A stretch of 63,856 bases of DNA, counting the filler, from Craspedostauros australis (Eukaryota), in assembly GCA_030167865.1 (NCBI GenBank). It is 15 parts of 15 records of this genome, joined end to end, with 100 filler letters (N's around TTAATTAATTAA, not from the genome) between each part and the next. Parts side by side here need not be neighbours in the genome. Positions count along the whole stretch, not along the records: positions 31,882 to 41,809 come from JALAGF010006127.1; positions 41,910 to 43,479 come from JALAGF010006128.1; positions 43,580 to 46,035 come from JALAGF010006129.1; positions 46,136 to 47,590 come from JALAGF010006130.1; 11 more parts are not named here. The stretch is one strand, 5' to 3'. Positions 37,131-47,690 of this stretch are shown piece after piece (position 1 is the stretch's first letter; the number at the start of each line of letters is the position of its first letter). The position numbers and the translations under genes are program-made. The notes under the pieces were generated by a model. That model had not been told where the DNA came from, made no database searches, and saw only the letters and a program-made list of their open reading frames with translations.

Positions 37131-39725
37131 ATGGCACAATCTCGACTCAGCAGGAGTAATTCGAACCTCGAAGCAACAATGCAAAACAGCAGCAGCAACA
37201 AGACGATCAATACCCATGGTTGTGGCAACATCCTTTCCTCGAATAGTCCTTCGGAGTATGGCGAGGGGCAGACTGCAGAGCCGGAAATTGAAACGCGAGG
37301 GGAGCACCAAGATGATGATAAATTGCCTGAAATCATCTGGCAAGTTCATGACGCTCGCACCAAAGAGCGGGAGAAGCAGATGAGAAGGGCAGCTTCAAGC
37401 GGGGTGCCAACGAAATCGCCACGCTCGGCAACGACGTCGGTTGCGTCAGGACCCGCTCGGATCCGCTCTTCTCTGATGGAAGCAGCCGTGGCTGTTGCTC
37501 TGTCGGCGGATGGCGTCTCAAGAGATTCCATGAAGTCTTGCGCTGTCTCGCTTCCTCTCCGCATGAAAAGCACGAATCGCGAAAAGGCGACGACAGATCC
37601 AGAGTTGTGGAGGATCAATCGTCATCACCAAGCGGACGGCGAAGCACAAAGCGCGCACGGCAAAAAGCAGATGATCGTCGCGAAGAATGCGTCGCGTCCC
37701 TGCAACAGCATGAAGATACAGACCAGCCACTTTTTGGAGAAACAACGGTACTGCGCCCACGATGGCATATATCGCCGCAGCTCTGCCGCAAATACGTCGA
37801 GATCATCGTCGGAGCAGTCGCTGAAGCAATCGTCATCATTATTGTCGTTGGCATCTCCGTCCGAGGCATCGGCGGTGTCAACGCCGGTTGCAGCGGTGAA
37901 CTCACTATCTGCCATGAAGGCTGCACCGCCCACAGACGCCGAACTTCAAGCTGCTCGTGACGGTTGTCCCGGCGCCTATAGAGAAGGTGGAATCAACGAC
38001 CATCCCGAAAATCGCAGCGGCAGTAACGACGAGGATGAAGGTTATCTCCTCTCATATAATTGCGATGGCAGCGGCGACGAAGACGACCACAACAATCGTG
38101 GTCAACTCACCATTCCCAATGGCAGTGAAGAAGTAGAGGCAGGCCAAGTGGTGGAGGACGGAGACGATTGCTCCGACATTCTCGTCAATCTGCAAGATCC
38201 CATTCCCGACGGCCCCAACACTCCCAACAATGACAGCATTTCACATCTGAGCGTCACATCGCTGGGACCATTCGATCATTCCGCGAGCAATGGCAACTCG
38301 CATCATCACAGTCATAGCAGCTACATCAGCCGCCTTAGCCACAGTAACCAAATCTACGCCGGCACTGAGCTTGGGCATGTGTCAGTCTCTGATTTGGACA
38401 CGGTGCGCTCAGGACTGGTCAGCGCAAAGCCCGTGCAAGACTCTGAAACTATATTCGAAGCGGAGGATATCAAGAACGACAACACACGACAGCGGTACCT
38501 CATTATCATCGCGTGTGCCGTCATCGGGATCATCTTGAGCATCGCCATTCCATTGACGATCATTTTCACACGACATAGCGGCGTATCCGATCCAAGAGAT
38601 CCGAGATGCATGGTCGACGACACCAGGAATCTCATTATCCCGCATCAATGCATGTGCGAAGGGCATACCGGAACCGCGTGGTCGAACCTAACCGGTTTGG
38701 GCGTCAACACGTACGATTGGGTGGTGGATTTGCTCCATGAAAACAGCATTCTTCCACCAGGTATGACACTGAACCGAACGGGCTGCCAGCCAGAACACCA
38801 GGGCATCCTTTTCATGGCCTCTGAAGTTGACAAGCGCATCGACCAAAGCATCGCTGGGCAGATCCCGACAACTTCAATCATTCGATGGTACTCCCTTACT
38901 CAATTCTATTCGGCCATGAATGGCATGGACTGGACATCCAGCGATGGATGGTTCCAGCCAGGCTCCGACCTCTGCGATTGGACCGGGATCAGCTGCGTGT
39001 TCGTCGACATTGTCCAGTCCATCACCCTCCCAAACAATAACCTCGTCGGGACGCTTCCATCCGCGCTGTTCCATCTGTCAAGTCTCTGGGAGATCGATCT
39101 GTCATCCAACGAGGGCATCAGTGGCACCATTTCGGGTGATATCGGGAGCATGACATCCCTCATGGAGATCGTTTTCACCGGAATGGGGCTTTCGGGTGCC
39201 ATTCCGAGCGAGATGGGCATGCTGAGTCGGCTGGGCTCATTGGCGTTGAGCGGGAATCGCCTCACCGGTGAAATACCAACGGAGCTGCTCTCTATCCCCA
39301 GCATCCGGATCCTCCAATTGACCAACAACAGCCTGACAGGACCGATACCACCCGAAATCGGCCTTTCGACACGATTGGTAAGCTTCGAGGTGGGGAGGAA
39401 TCTAATCTCAGGCAGCCTACCAGCTGAGCTCACCGCGCTCTCCGACTTGGAAGTTCTGGATGTGTCGTTCAACAACTTCACGAATGCGCCATCCCACGGC
39501 ATTGTCTTACCTGCAGGACTGGAGTTTGTCAATGCGTACCACAGTGCTGCGTTTGCCGTGGTGCCGCCATCGATGTGCAATGCATCGCTCCCGCACCCTG
39601 GTCGTCGAACACTGGCGGTGCAATGCGCAGATGATCACGAGGTGGTGTGCGATTGCTGCACCCATGAGTACGGACGAGACGACGCCATGGTGTTCTTGTT
39701 ATGTGGGGAAACCATCGGGAACTGA
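37131..39725 (+). CDS. Type II membrane leucine-rich-repeat protein (disordered N-terminus, TM, LRRNT, plant-type LRRs)
   Basis: PGAY motif, TM YLIIIACAVIGIILSIAIPLTIIF, cap GWFQPGSDLCDWTGISC, repeats LxLxxNxLxGxIPxE. Confidence 0.88.
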   Translation: MAQSRLSRSNSNLEATMQNSSSNKTINTHGCGNILSSNSPSEYGEGQTAEPEIETRGEHQDDDKLPEIIWQVHDARTKEREKQMRRAASSGVPTKSPRSATTSVASGPARIRSSLMEAAVAVALSADGVSRDSMKSCAVSLPLRMKSTNREKATTDPELWRINRHHQADGEAQSAHGKKQMIVAKNASRPCNSMKIQTSHFLEKQRYCAHDGIYRRSSAANTSRSSSEQSLKQSSSLLSLASPSEASAVSTPVAAVNSLSAMKAAPPTDAELQAARDGCPGAYREGGINDHPENRSGSNDEDEGYLLSYNCDGSGDEDDHNNRGQLTIPNGSEEVEAGQVVEDGDDCSDILVNLQDPIPDGPNTPNNDSISHLSVTSLGPFDHSASNGNSHHHSHSSYISRLSHSNQIYAGTELGHVSVSDLDTVRSGLVSAKPVQDSETIFEAEDIKNDNTRQRYLIIIACAVIGIILSIAIPLTIIFTRHSGVSDPRDPRCMVDDTRNLIIPHQCMCEGHTGTAWSNLTGLGVNTYDWVVDLLHENSILPPGMTLNRTGCQPEHQGILFMASEVDKRIDQSIAGQIPTTSIIRWYSLTQFYSAMNGMDWTSSDGWFQPGSDLCDWTGISCVFVDIVQSITLPNNNLVGTLPSALFHLSSLWEIDLSSNEGISGTISGDIGSMTSLMEIVFTGMGLSGAIPSEMGMLSRLGSLALSGNRLTGEIPTELLSIPSIRILQLTNNSLTGPIPPEIGLSTRLVSFEVGRNLISGSLPAELTALSDLEVLDVSFNNFTNAPSHGIVLPAGLEFVNAYHSAAFAVVPPSMCNASLPHPGRRTLAVQCADDHEVVCDCCTHEYGRDDAMVFLLCGETIGN

Positions 39726-40465
39726 GTAGAGTACTCGTGCTCAGAGTGTATTAATATGGTACAATCGTCAAGTGACGTCCTCGTACGAGTAACGCCGAGC
39801 ATCGCAGGATGGTATCGTAGCTGTTGGTCATTCGGGTAGCTTGGTGAGCGTGTCTGCTTCAACTAGTCCACAAACATACTCTCTATTTCTTTGGCGTCCT
39901 AATGTGTAAAGTATGCACGTGTCTCCTGGCATTCATTCCAAGTCTACACGAATATCAGTCGCAGCTCATATGTTGCGTTAATAGCATTGAATTTGTGCGC
40001 CATGGAATATCATTCAAAGCAACAGAATTCAACACTTATCTGCTCGTCTCCCGCGCGCTCGTCGGTAACTAGCGTCGAATCCGCTGAGGCAAAAAAGAGG
40101 AACGTCGGCCTGTCGGGCATCATTCATCTACGACGATAAAATGTCCGAGAAGATGTGGACATCCTCTACAGTACTCAAGTGGCCAGCTACGCATTATAGT
40201 TCATATCATAGAGGCTGTGCAGTGGAGCACACCATAGCATCGTACAGCATAGTAGAAAATTCGTACCACATACCAATACTTGGCATACGAGCGATGAGTA
40301 CTGCTCGTCTGTACCATACGAGGACTTGCAACTAATCTGCGCTTGTTTCTTCTGACAGTCTGCAGAGATAGATAAATAGATAGAAGGGAACTGGCAACTG
40401 CTCGGAATTCCTCACTTGCCTGCGATTATTGGGCGTATCGCCATCATTGATTGGTTTCATTTGCT

Positions 40466-41809
40466 TCAGTCACGTGGCAGCCTGGCGAAGCTCTGCTCTC
40501 GAACGACTGCGTCTGCTATGCGCAACGAGTACACCGCCTGCATGTAGTTCACGTCGATGACGGCGTGCACACCGTCCGACGTCTCCGCGTTTTTCGTCAT
40601 GTTCAGGATGTCCATGAAGATGACGTTGCTGGGAATGCCGGAGTTGTTCGATCGTAGAGCGGAGTCGATCTTTCTGTTGAAGCGCACCTTGGGCTCCCAG
40701 GCTTGGTGTGGGAATCTCGGATCGAGAGATTTGTGCTGTGCGCCAAGGCCCATCCATATGAAAACGATAGGAGTGCCGTTGTCTTCGCATTCGCGCAGTT
40801 TGGGATGGTGCCAAATGGAGTGGAACAATTCGAGGGTGGGAACTGGCTCCACCTTCATATGCAGCCCTCCCTGCACTATCACGAGGACTGGCCGTTTGTC
40901 CTCGCCACATTGGATATCCTTGAAACCCGACTCCGCGTACTCTGCCATCATTTTAGTTTCACGCACCTCCTCGTAGGCGAGGGCGGTCGTCAACGAATCG
41001 CCTTGGTGATCAATGGACGTGACATTGAAATATCTCCATGTTTCCTCGTACGCTCGGCAGACGTCGTGCTCGCTGAAGAGACCATCGCACTGGCAGATAG
41101 CGGATGGATCTATGCCCCTGTTGTTTCCGGATGCGTTCCTGAGAAGGTGCTTGCCACCCGAGATGAAATCCTGAGAAAGCAGCATGCGGAACCCGATGTA
41201 GGATTGCCGCGAAATGGAATCTCCCAGCCAGAAAATATTTGAAAATTGACCCAGCATCTCCATCACGTCTTCCGTTGATAGCGACATGTCTGTACGACAT
41301 CCAAATGGGACGAACCAAGATGGGAAGTCGGCATTGTTGGCCGTCTCCGCATCTGGCCAAACCCTGTGACCGTCTCGGATGGATGTGACGAATTCCTGCA
41401 CCGTCTCGCAATCTTTCGATGGCATCGTAACGTGCGCGCGCTCATCATCGTCTCCCGCCGCGGTGCTCGCGCTTTCTTGCACACCACTCTGGTCGAAGAG
41501 GAACATCGCAGAGAAGGGCTTGGCATTGCTTCCGTCATGATCGATCTTGTTCTTGGTGTAACGACGCAGCACGTGGTTGTGGTGTTTGCACAGCTCGAAA
41601 CCTGCCATCGATTCGTTGGGAGACACGGGAATGATGTTTTGAAACTGGTATTCATTCAATCTTTCGCGTTGCGGCGTGATGCCGCGGTTGGGCTTCATGA
41701 GGAAGTGTCTGATGCTGCCGATCACATCTGTGACTGTCCCCCATGCATCTCTATCGCTCGCGCGCTCGATTGTGCGAATGTTCGTCGTGCCTCCACGGCC
41801 ATCCGCGTT
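40466..41809 (-). CDS. SGNH-hydrolase / PC-esterase-like protein, 5'-partial
   Basis: IFWLGDSISRQ (GDS motif), QGGLH and SDGVH (DxxH) catalytic-type motifs. Confidence 0.65.
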   Translation of the reverse strand, partial: NADGRGGTTNIRTIERASDRDAWGTVTDVIGSIRHFLMKPNRGITPQRERLNEYQFQNIIPVSPNESMAGFELCKHHNHVLRRYTKNKIDHDGSNAKPFSAMFLFDQSGVQESASTAAGDDDERAHVTMPSKDCETVQEFVTSIRDGHRVWPDAETANNADFPSWFVPFGCRTDMSLSTEDVMEMLGQFSNIFWLGDSISRQSYIGFRMLLSQDFISGGKHLLRNASGNNRGIDPSAICQCDGLFSEHDVCRAYEETWRYFNVTSIDHQGDSLTTALAYEEVRETKMMAEYAESGFKDIQCGEDKRPVLVIVQGGLHMKVEPVPTLELFHSIWHHPKLRECEDNGTPIVFIWMGLGAQHKSLDPRFPHQAWEPKVRFNRKIDSALRSNNSGIPSNVIFMDILNMTKNAETSDGVHAVIDVNYMQAVYSLRIADAVVREQSFARLPRD

Positions 41810-41909
41810 NNNNNNNNNNNNNNNNNNNNNNNNNNNNNNNNNNNNNNNNNNNNTTAATTAATTAANNNNNNNNNNNNNNNNNNNNNNNNNNNNNNNNNNN
41901 NNNNNNNNN

Positions 41910-43479
41910 AGCCACAACACACAACAACATGTGAGACCGTGATGCAACAGTCAACACACAATGAACTATCTGTCAACATCAAATGAACTATTGTTAATAT
42001 CATTCCAACTACAGGAGGATGGCACAAGTCCCATGAAATGGCTGACTTGTGGGGGAGGAGGGGGAAGTCAACACCATCAACTGTGATACTCACACATCCA
42101 CGTGCTCACACACACACACACTGCCACACGGTACAACCAGCAACAACACACAACAACAGGTGAGACCACGATGCAACAGTCAACATCGAATGAACTATCT
42201 GTCAACATCAAATGAACTATCTGTTAACACATTCCAACTACAGGAGGATGGCACAAGTCCCATGAAATGGCTGACTTGTGGGGGAGGAGGGGGAAGTCAA
42301 CACCATTCCAACTACTGGAGGATGGCACAAGTCCCATGAAATGGCTGACTTGTGGGGGAGGAAGGGGAAGTCAACACCATCAACTGTGATACTCACACAT
42401 CCATGTGCTCACACACACACACACTGCCACACGGTACAACCGGCCACAACACACAACAACACGTGAGACCACGATGCAACAGTCAACACACAATGAACTA
42501 TCTGTCAACATCAAATGAACTATCTGTCAACACCATTCCAACTACAGGAGGATGGCACAAGTCCCATGAAATGGCTGACTTGTGGGGGAGGAGGGGGAAG
42601 TCAACACCATCAACTGTGATACTCACACATCCATGTGCTCACACACACACACTGCCACACGGTACAACCAGCCACAACACACAACAACACGTGAGACCGT
42701 GATGCAACAGTCAACACCAAATGNNNNNNNNNNNNNNNNNNNNNNNNNNNNNNNNNNNNNNNNNNNNNNNNNNNNNNNNNNNNNNNNNNNNNNNNNNNNN
42801 NNNNNNNNNNNNNNNNNNNNNNNNNNNNNNNNNNNNNNNNNNNNNNNNNNNNNNNNNNNNNNNNNNNNNNNNNNNNNNNNNNNNNNGAGGGGGAAGTCAA
42901 CACCATCAACTGTGATACTCACACATCCACGTGCTCACACACACACTCCCAAACAACACGAGATACTACGTGCCACGCGATACACCGTGTTAAACATGTA
43001 CACCGCGCTACACCATGATGTACACATGTTCACGTTTATCTATGTGTACACAGACACGCAGCGTGTCCATACGTACACGTCAACACTTCTACCATCTTCA
43101 ACAGACCTGTACAAGGTGAGATATTGATGATCAAAGTACACAACATCAACCAGTACTTGCAATACACAGTGTCATGTACATGCAAGCACACACACGTGTT
43201 CACCATGATCATACGCACATGTGACAACAAGAACCACACTCTGAATCAGCTTGGTGATGGAGATAGTGATGCATGAGTACAACACAAACAACATGTGACA
43301 ACACGTGATAACACGTTAATGTGAGATGAACATCGTCAATGGCAGATGAACATTGTCAATGGCAAATGAACTATCTGTCAACACCAAATGAACTGTCTGT
43401 CAACACCATTCCAACTACAGGAGGATGGCACAAGTCCCATGAAATGGCTGACTTGTGGGGGAGGAGGGGGAAGTCAACA
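41910..43479. repeat. Tandem satellite with ~230-bp unit containing a conserved hairpin and purine tract
   Basis: Units start at ~41911, 42140, 42443 and 42671; CACAAGTC-CCATGAAATGG-CT-GACTTGTG occurs five times; a ~73-bp sub-unit is duplicated at ~42300-42372. Confidence 0.9.
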
Positions 43480-43775
43480 NNNNNNNNNNNNNNNNNNNNN
43501 NNNNNNNNNNNNNNNNNNNNNNNTTAATTAATTAANNNNNNNNNNNNNNNNNNNNNNNNNNNNNNNNNNNNNNNNNNNNACGTAATGAAATAGCAAACAG
43601 ACGACTATCAACCAACACCATCTTCCACGATCGTAGGTTACCGTGAGCGGAACTTGCCAACAGTTGTGCTCATCGTCTGCTTGATGGCATGGAGGATTGT
43701 GGTGTGATGTGTGGTGTGTGATGTTTTTTGTGATGTGGAGGGTTTTTGTTGTGTCGCGACTGGTGTGTACAGTGT

Positions 43776-44030
43776 AGCCATCGCGTTGTGTTGCGGAGGA
43801 AGAGTCACACGGCGCTGGACAATTTCAATTGCTGTGTTGTGAGCGGTTTTGCATGACGTGGAATCTGTCCCCTGTGACGTAGAAGACGGATCAGCTAGAG
43901 TAAACACAAAATAGCTCTAAATATCCAATCGCCGCTTCTCCCAAAAGCAAGCAAACCAGTGGCAACAAGGGGCCAAAACTCTACAACTAGCGTTATCGCG
44001 CGACGCATTTTCCGGTATCCGCAGGTCGTA
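43776..44030 (-). repeat. Inverted copy of the dispersed repeat at ~8900-9143
   Basis: Reverse-complement similarity read directly from the sequence. Confidence 0.8.
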
Positions 44031-44111
44031 GCGAAGTACATGTACATCATGAAAGAGCAATCGGTTCAGGCGTAGGTAGCGCAACTCCATTGATCTGGAG
44101 AGTGAGAATAT

Positions 44112-44699
44112 CCCTAATGAGAAATTTGTCACTTCTTTTGGGTTCGCATCAACAGCTCTATTTGGCCTCCACGTGTAGGTGGTGAGATCGCATGCCAGAC
44201 CAACATGGTCCTCCAGTGTGGTGGCTTCTCTCATTGTTTAACTGGAACCTTCTGGCGCAGGCAATTTCCGCCCCAAACAAGGCCACATAAGGAATTCAGA
44301 ACCCTAAGGACATACCCCATAAATGAATTATTTATCGGCACGCCGGAACGCTTCGTGTATAGACACTGTTGAAAGACAATGATTGGATGAAAATCGCAGA
44401 CTTCGCTTGGAAATAGCACTGAAACAAGTTCTGCGAAGCATTGATTAGTCTCACCGCCGTCGGAAACCAACAGAAGCACAAACGCCAATCCTGGAGAAAC
44501 AACAATCAAGAGTTTTGAGGACACAAAAGCGCCTCTCCGCGATAACGCTGTGTGGAAGTCGAAAAAACATTATCAGTACCACCTCAGCTGGCCGACGCGA
44601 ACACACGGGATGTGACAAATGTGGCACATCGATCCAAATTTGTCACATCGATGCGAAGTGCCAAATTTGTCACATCGGGGGCCCAAAATCTCATTAGGG
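44112..44699. mobile_element. Non-autonomous DNA transposon (MITE), piggyBac-like CCCT...AGGG ends, ATAT target-site duplication
   Basis: ATAT|CCCTAATGAGA...TCTCATTAGGG|ATAT; sub-terminal AAATTTGTCAC repeats at both ends; no ORF of note. Confidence 0.85.
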
Positions 44700-44788
44700 A
44701 TATCCATAATGATTTTGGCCTGGTACTGGCCTACGTAGNNNNNNNNNNNNNNNNNNNNNNNNNNNNNNNNNNNNNNNNNNNNNNNNNN

Positions 44789-45240
44789 AACCTTCTGGCG
44801 CAGGCAATTTCCGCTGCAAACAAGGCCACATAAGGAATTCAGAACCCTAAGGACATACCCCATAAATGAATTTTATCAACAAACCGGAACGCTTCGAGCA
44901 TAGACACTGTTGAAAGACAATGATTGGATGAAAATCGCAGACTTCGCTTGGAAATAGCACTGAAACAAGTTCTGCGAAGCATNGANTAGTCTCACCGCCG
45001 TCGGAAACCAACAGAAGCACAAACGCCAATCCTGGAGAAACAACAATCAAGAGTTTTGAGGACACAAAAGCGCCTCTCCGCGATAACGCTGTGTGGAAGT
45101 CGAAAAAACATTATCAGTACCACCTCAGCTGGCCGATGCGAACACACAGGATGTGACAAATGTGGCACATTGATCCAAATTTGTCACATCGATGTGAAGT
45201 GCCAAATTTGTCACATCGGGGGCCCAAAATCTCATTAGGG
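44789..45240. mobile_element. Second copy of the same MITE, left end lost in the gap
   Basis: Near-identical to 44245-44699; ends AGGG|ATAT and then diverges into a different flank (cggagtg vs ccataat). Confidence 0.85.
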
Positions 45241-45295
45241 ATATCGGAGTGCAGTCGCAATGCAAGACCAAGACCAGAATAACATGGGACAGTGC

Positions 45296-45445
45296 GACCG
45301 AAACAAACAGAATGTCAACGATGCTCATGGCCGATAACGCGGTACATCGCGACAGAATCAAACCGAATGTCGATGATGCTCATGGCCGATAACGCGGCGC
45401 ATCACGACGAATGCAAACTGAATGATGATGATGATCACGGTCGTT
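45296..45445 (+). repeat. ~55-bp tandem repeat, about 2.5 copies
   Basis: gaatgtc..gatgctcatggccgataacgcgg repeated, with a degenerate third copy. Confidence 0.7.
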
Positions 45446-45691
45446 CACACGAGAGATGCTGCTGACCCTGCAACTTGCAATCAGTCCAGAACAACATCTC
45501 ATCCTCATCTCATAATCTTTGAGTTCAAACAAACTCACCAACCAACAGTCAAATCAACTAATCGACAACTAACGATAACAATTACCTCCAAACCAGAGCC
45601 CACGATCTCACCACTGCCTACGCCGGTCTAATCAGTGCTGACATCTGGACACAATATCACAAACCATGGCAGGAGTGACCCGCTCCCCTCC

Positions 45692-46035
45692 TGTTGGAAA
45701 TCCGGGGTTATAGTTAGTACTAAATTCTAATCCGCTGTTAGAAACTGTACCGTTTTAGAACTGTGAGCACAATCTCACTTTCTCTTCCGATTTCGTTTTC
45801 TTGGCAGGCATCTGTCGCAGTGACGACACGGGGCATCCTGTTGTCTCTTAGGTGCTTCCCTCTTCATTCATCATGCTCTGTTCTTGCTTCCTTGTCTCTG
45901 CACTGTCGTAGCTGTCTACGTTTGCATGGTAGGGATCTGCAGTCCTGAGCTCTTGCCTGTCTCATGTTTCCTTCGTTGATCCTCATGACACCATCGTCTC
46001 ATAGCCGATGTCACCTTTGGTGATGTTCCAAACCT
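45692..46035 (-). mobile_element. Partial copia LTR (3' terminus) related to the LTR at 22303-22983
   Basis: TGTTGGAAATCCGGGGTTA is the exact reverse complement of the 22965-22983 LTR end; similarity continues inward (GCTCACAGTTCT). Confidence 0.8.
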
Positions 46036-46135
46036 NNNNNNNNNNNNNNNNNNNNNNNNNNNNNNNNNNNNNNNNNNNNTTAATTAATTAANNNNNNNNN
46101 NNNNNNNNNNNNNNNNNNNNNNNNNNNNNNNNNNN

Positions 46136-47590
46136 TTGGACGTGATGAGCGCGATGTGCTCGTGACTGGCGAAACAACACGCATTATCGCTCTGTAAGAT
46201 GATTTCAGTCACGGATGGGTGAATGTCTTTGACCTTTTTTTGAACGATCTCCAGCAGTCCACCAACTTGAAGAGTGTCTTGTGTCGGTCTTCCATCGACC
46301 ACAATGTCGATGAACCAATAAGTAAAAATGTCATTGCGACATGTGATGACCATTGCCCCAAGCAGTGACATTCCCTTCTTCCCCCAATATTCTTGTTGGG
46401 CTTCGCCTTGGCCTGTCGGTAGAATTTTTTGCTTATGGTCNAGTACCACATAGGCTCTTTCAGGCTTATCATTGAGNTCGGATTGATAAAANGCGATTTG
46501 TCGGAATTGAACTTTTGCACGCACTTTGTGAGCCATGTAGTTAACAATTTCGTTGGCGAATCCCGGCGCCGCCGCAAGCATGGATTGNAATTCGTCCTTG
46601 TGTTCTGCGAGTTCGTTGTCCTTAAGCATTGTGACAAAAGGAACAAAACGATCATTCACAAATCGCATTGCTGATCCACAATGGTTGCATACTTTACAGG
46701 GTTGGTCATTTGTAGTGGTGGGAGAATTGTCATTTGTGACGTTTGGAGTGTCGTTGGTGACAGAGGNNNNNNNNNNNNNNNNNNNNNNNNNNNNNNNNNN
46801 NNNNNNNNNNNNNNNNGGTCTTCCATCGACCACAATGTCAATGAACCGATAAGTAAAAATGTCGTTGCGACACGTGATGACCATTGCCCCAAGCAGTGAC
46901 ATTCCCTTTTTTCCCCAATATTCTTGTTGGGCTTCGCCTTGGCCTGTTGGTAGANTTTTTTGCTTATGGTCGAGTACCACATAGGCTNTTTCAGGCTTAT
47001 CATTGAGCTCAGATTGATAAAAAGCGATTTGTCGGAATTGCACTTTGGCACGCACTTTGTGAGCCATGTAGTTAACAATTTCGTTGGCGAATCCCGGTGC
47101 CGCTGCAAGCATGGATTGCAATTCGTCCTTGTGTTCTGCGAGTTCGTTGTCCTTAAGCATTTCAACGAAAGGGACAAAACGATCATCCACAAATCGCATT
47201 GCTGCGCCACAACGGTTGCATACTTTACAGGGTTGGTCATTTGTAGTGGTGGGAGAATTGTCATTTGTGATGTTTGGAGTGTTGTTTGTGACAGAGGTGG
47301 TCTTCTTGCGCTTGTGCTTGTTGGTGCGTTGATTGGTTGATGTGGTTGTTGCCTTCTTCTCCTTTCCTGTGATGAGTGCGAACGCAGCCGAATGCATGGG
47401 ATCGTCACACTGAAGCTGCATGTGGGAGGCGGTGAATTCCCATTTGAGGAACACAACAAGCAGTTCGAGTGCATGCAAGAGGGAATCGGCTGTGCGCACA
47501 TGTGGTGCGATGACGTCATCTGGCTCGTCGTTGTGGTTGTCGCTCTCGTCATTGGCATTGTTTTGTTCCTCCCCGTCTGTTTCATACTTA
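46136..47590 (-). mobile_element. Sola-like DDD transposase fragment; two overlapping variants joined by an N gap
   Basis: CKVCNRC, YMAHKVR, VLDHKQKILP..GEAQQEYWGKKGMS, QSDNACCF; homologous to 62079-63856. Confidence 0.65.
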
Positions 47591-47690
47591 NNNNNNNNNN
47601 NNNNNNNNNNNNNNNNNNNNNNNNNNNNNNNNNNTTAATTAATTAANNNNNNNNNNNNNNNNNNNNNNNNNNNNNNNNNNNNNNNNNNNN

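Noticed and set aside
41910..43479. CRISPR array, hammerhead retrozyme or TRIM array
   Set aside because: Sequence between hairpins is repeated rather than unique, there are no cas genes, I found no CUGAnGA/GAAA hammerhead core, and there are no clear TG...CA LTR boundaries
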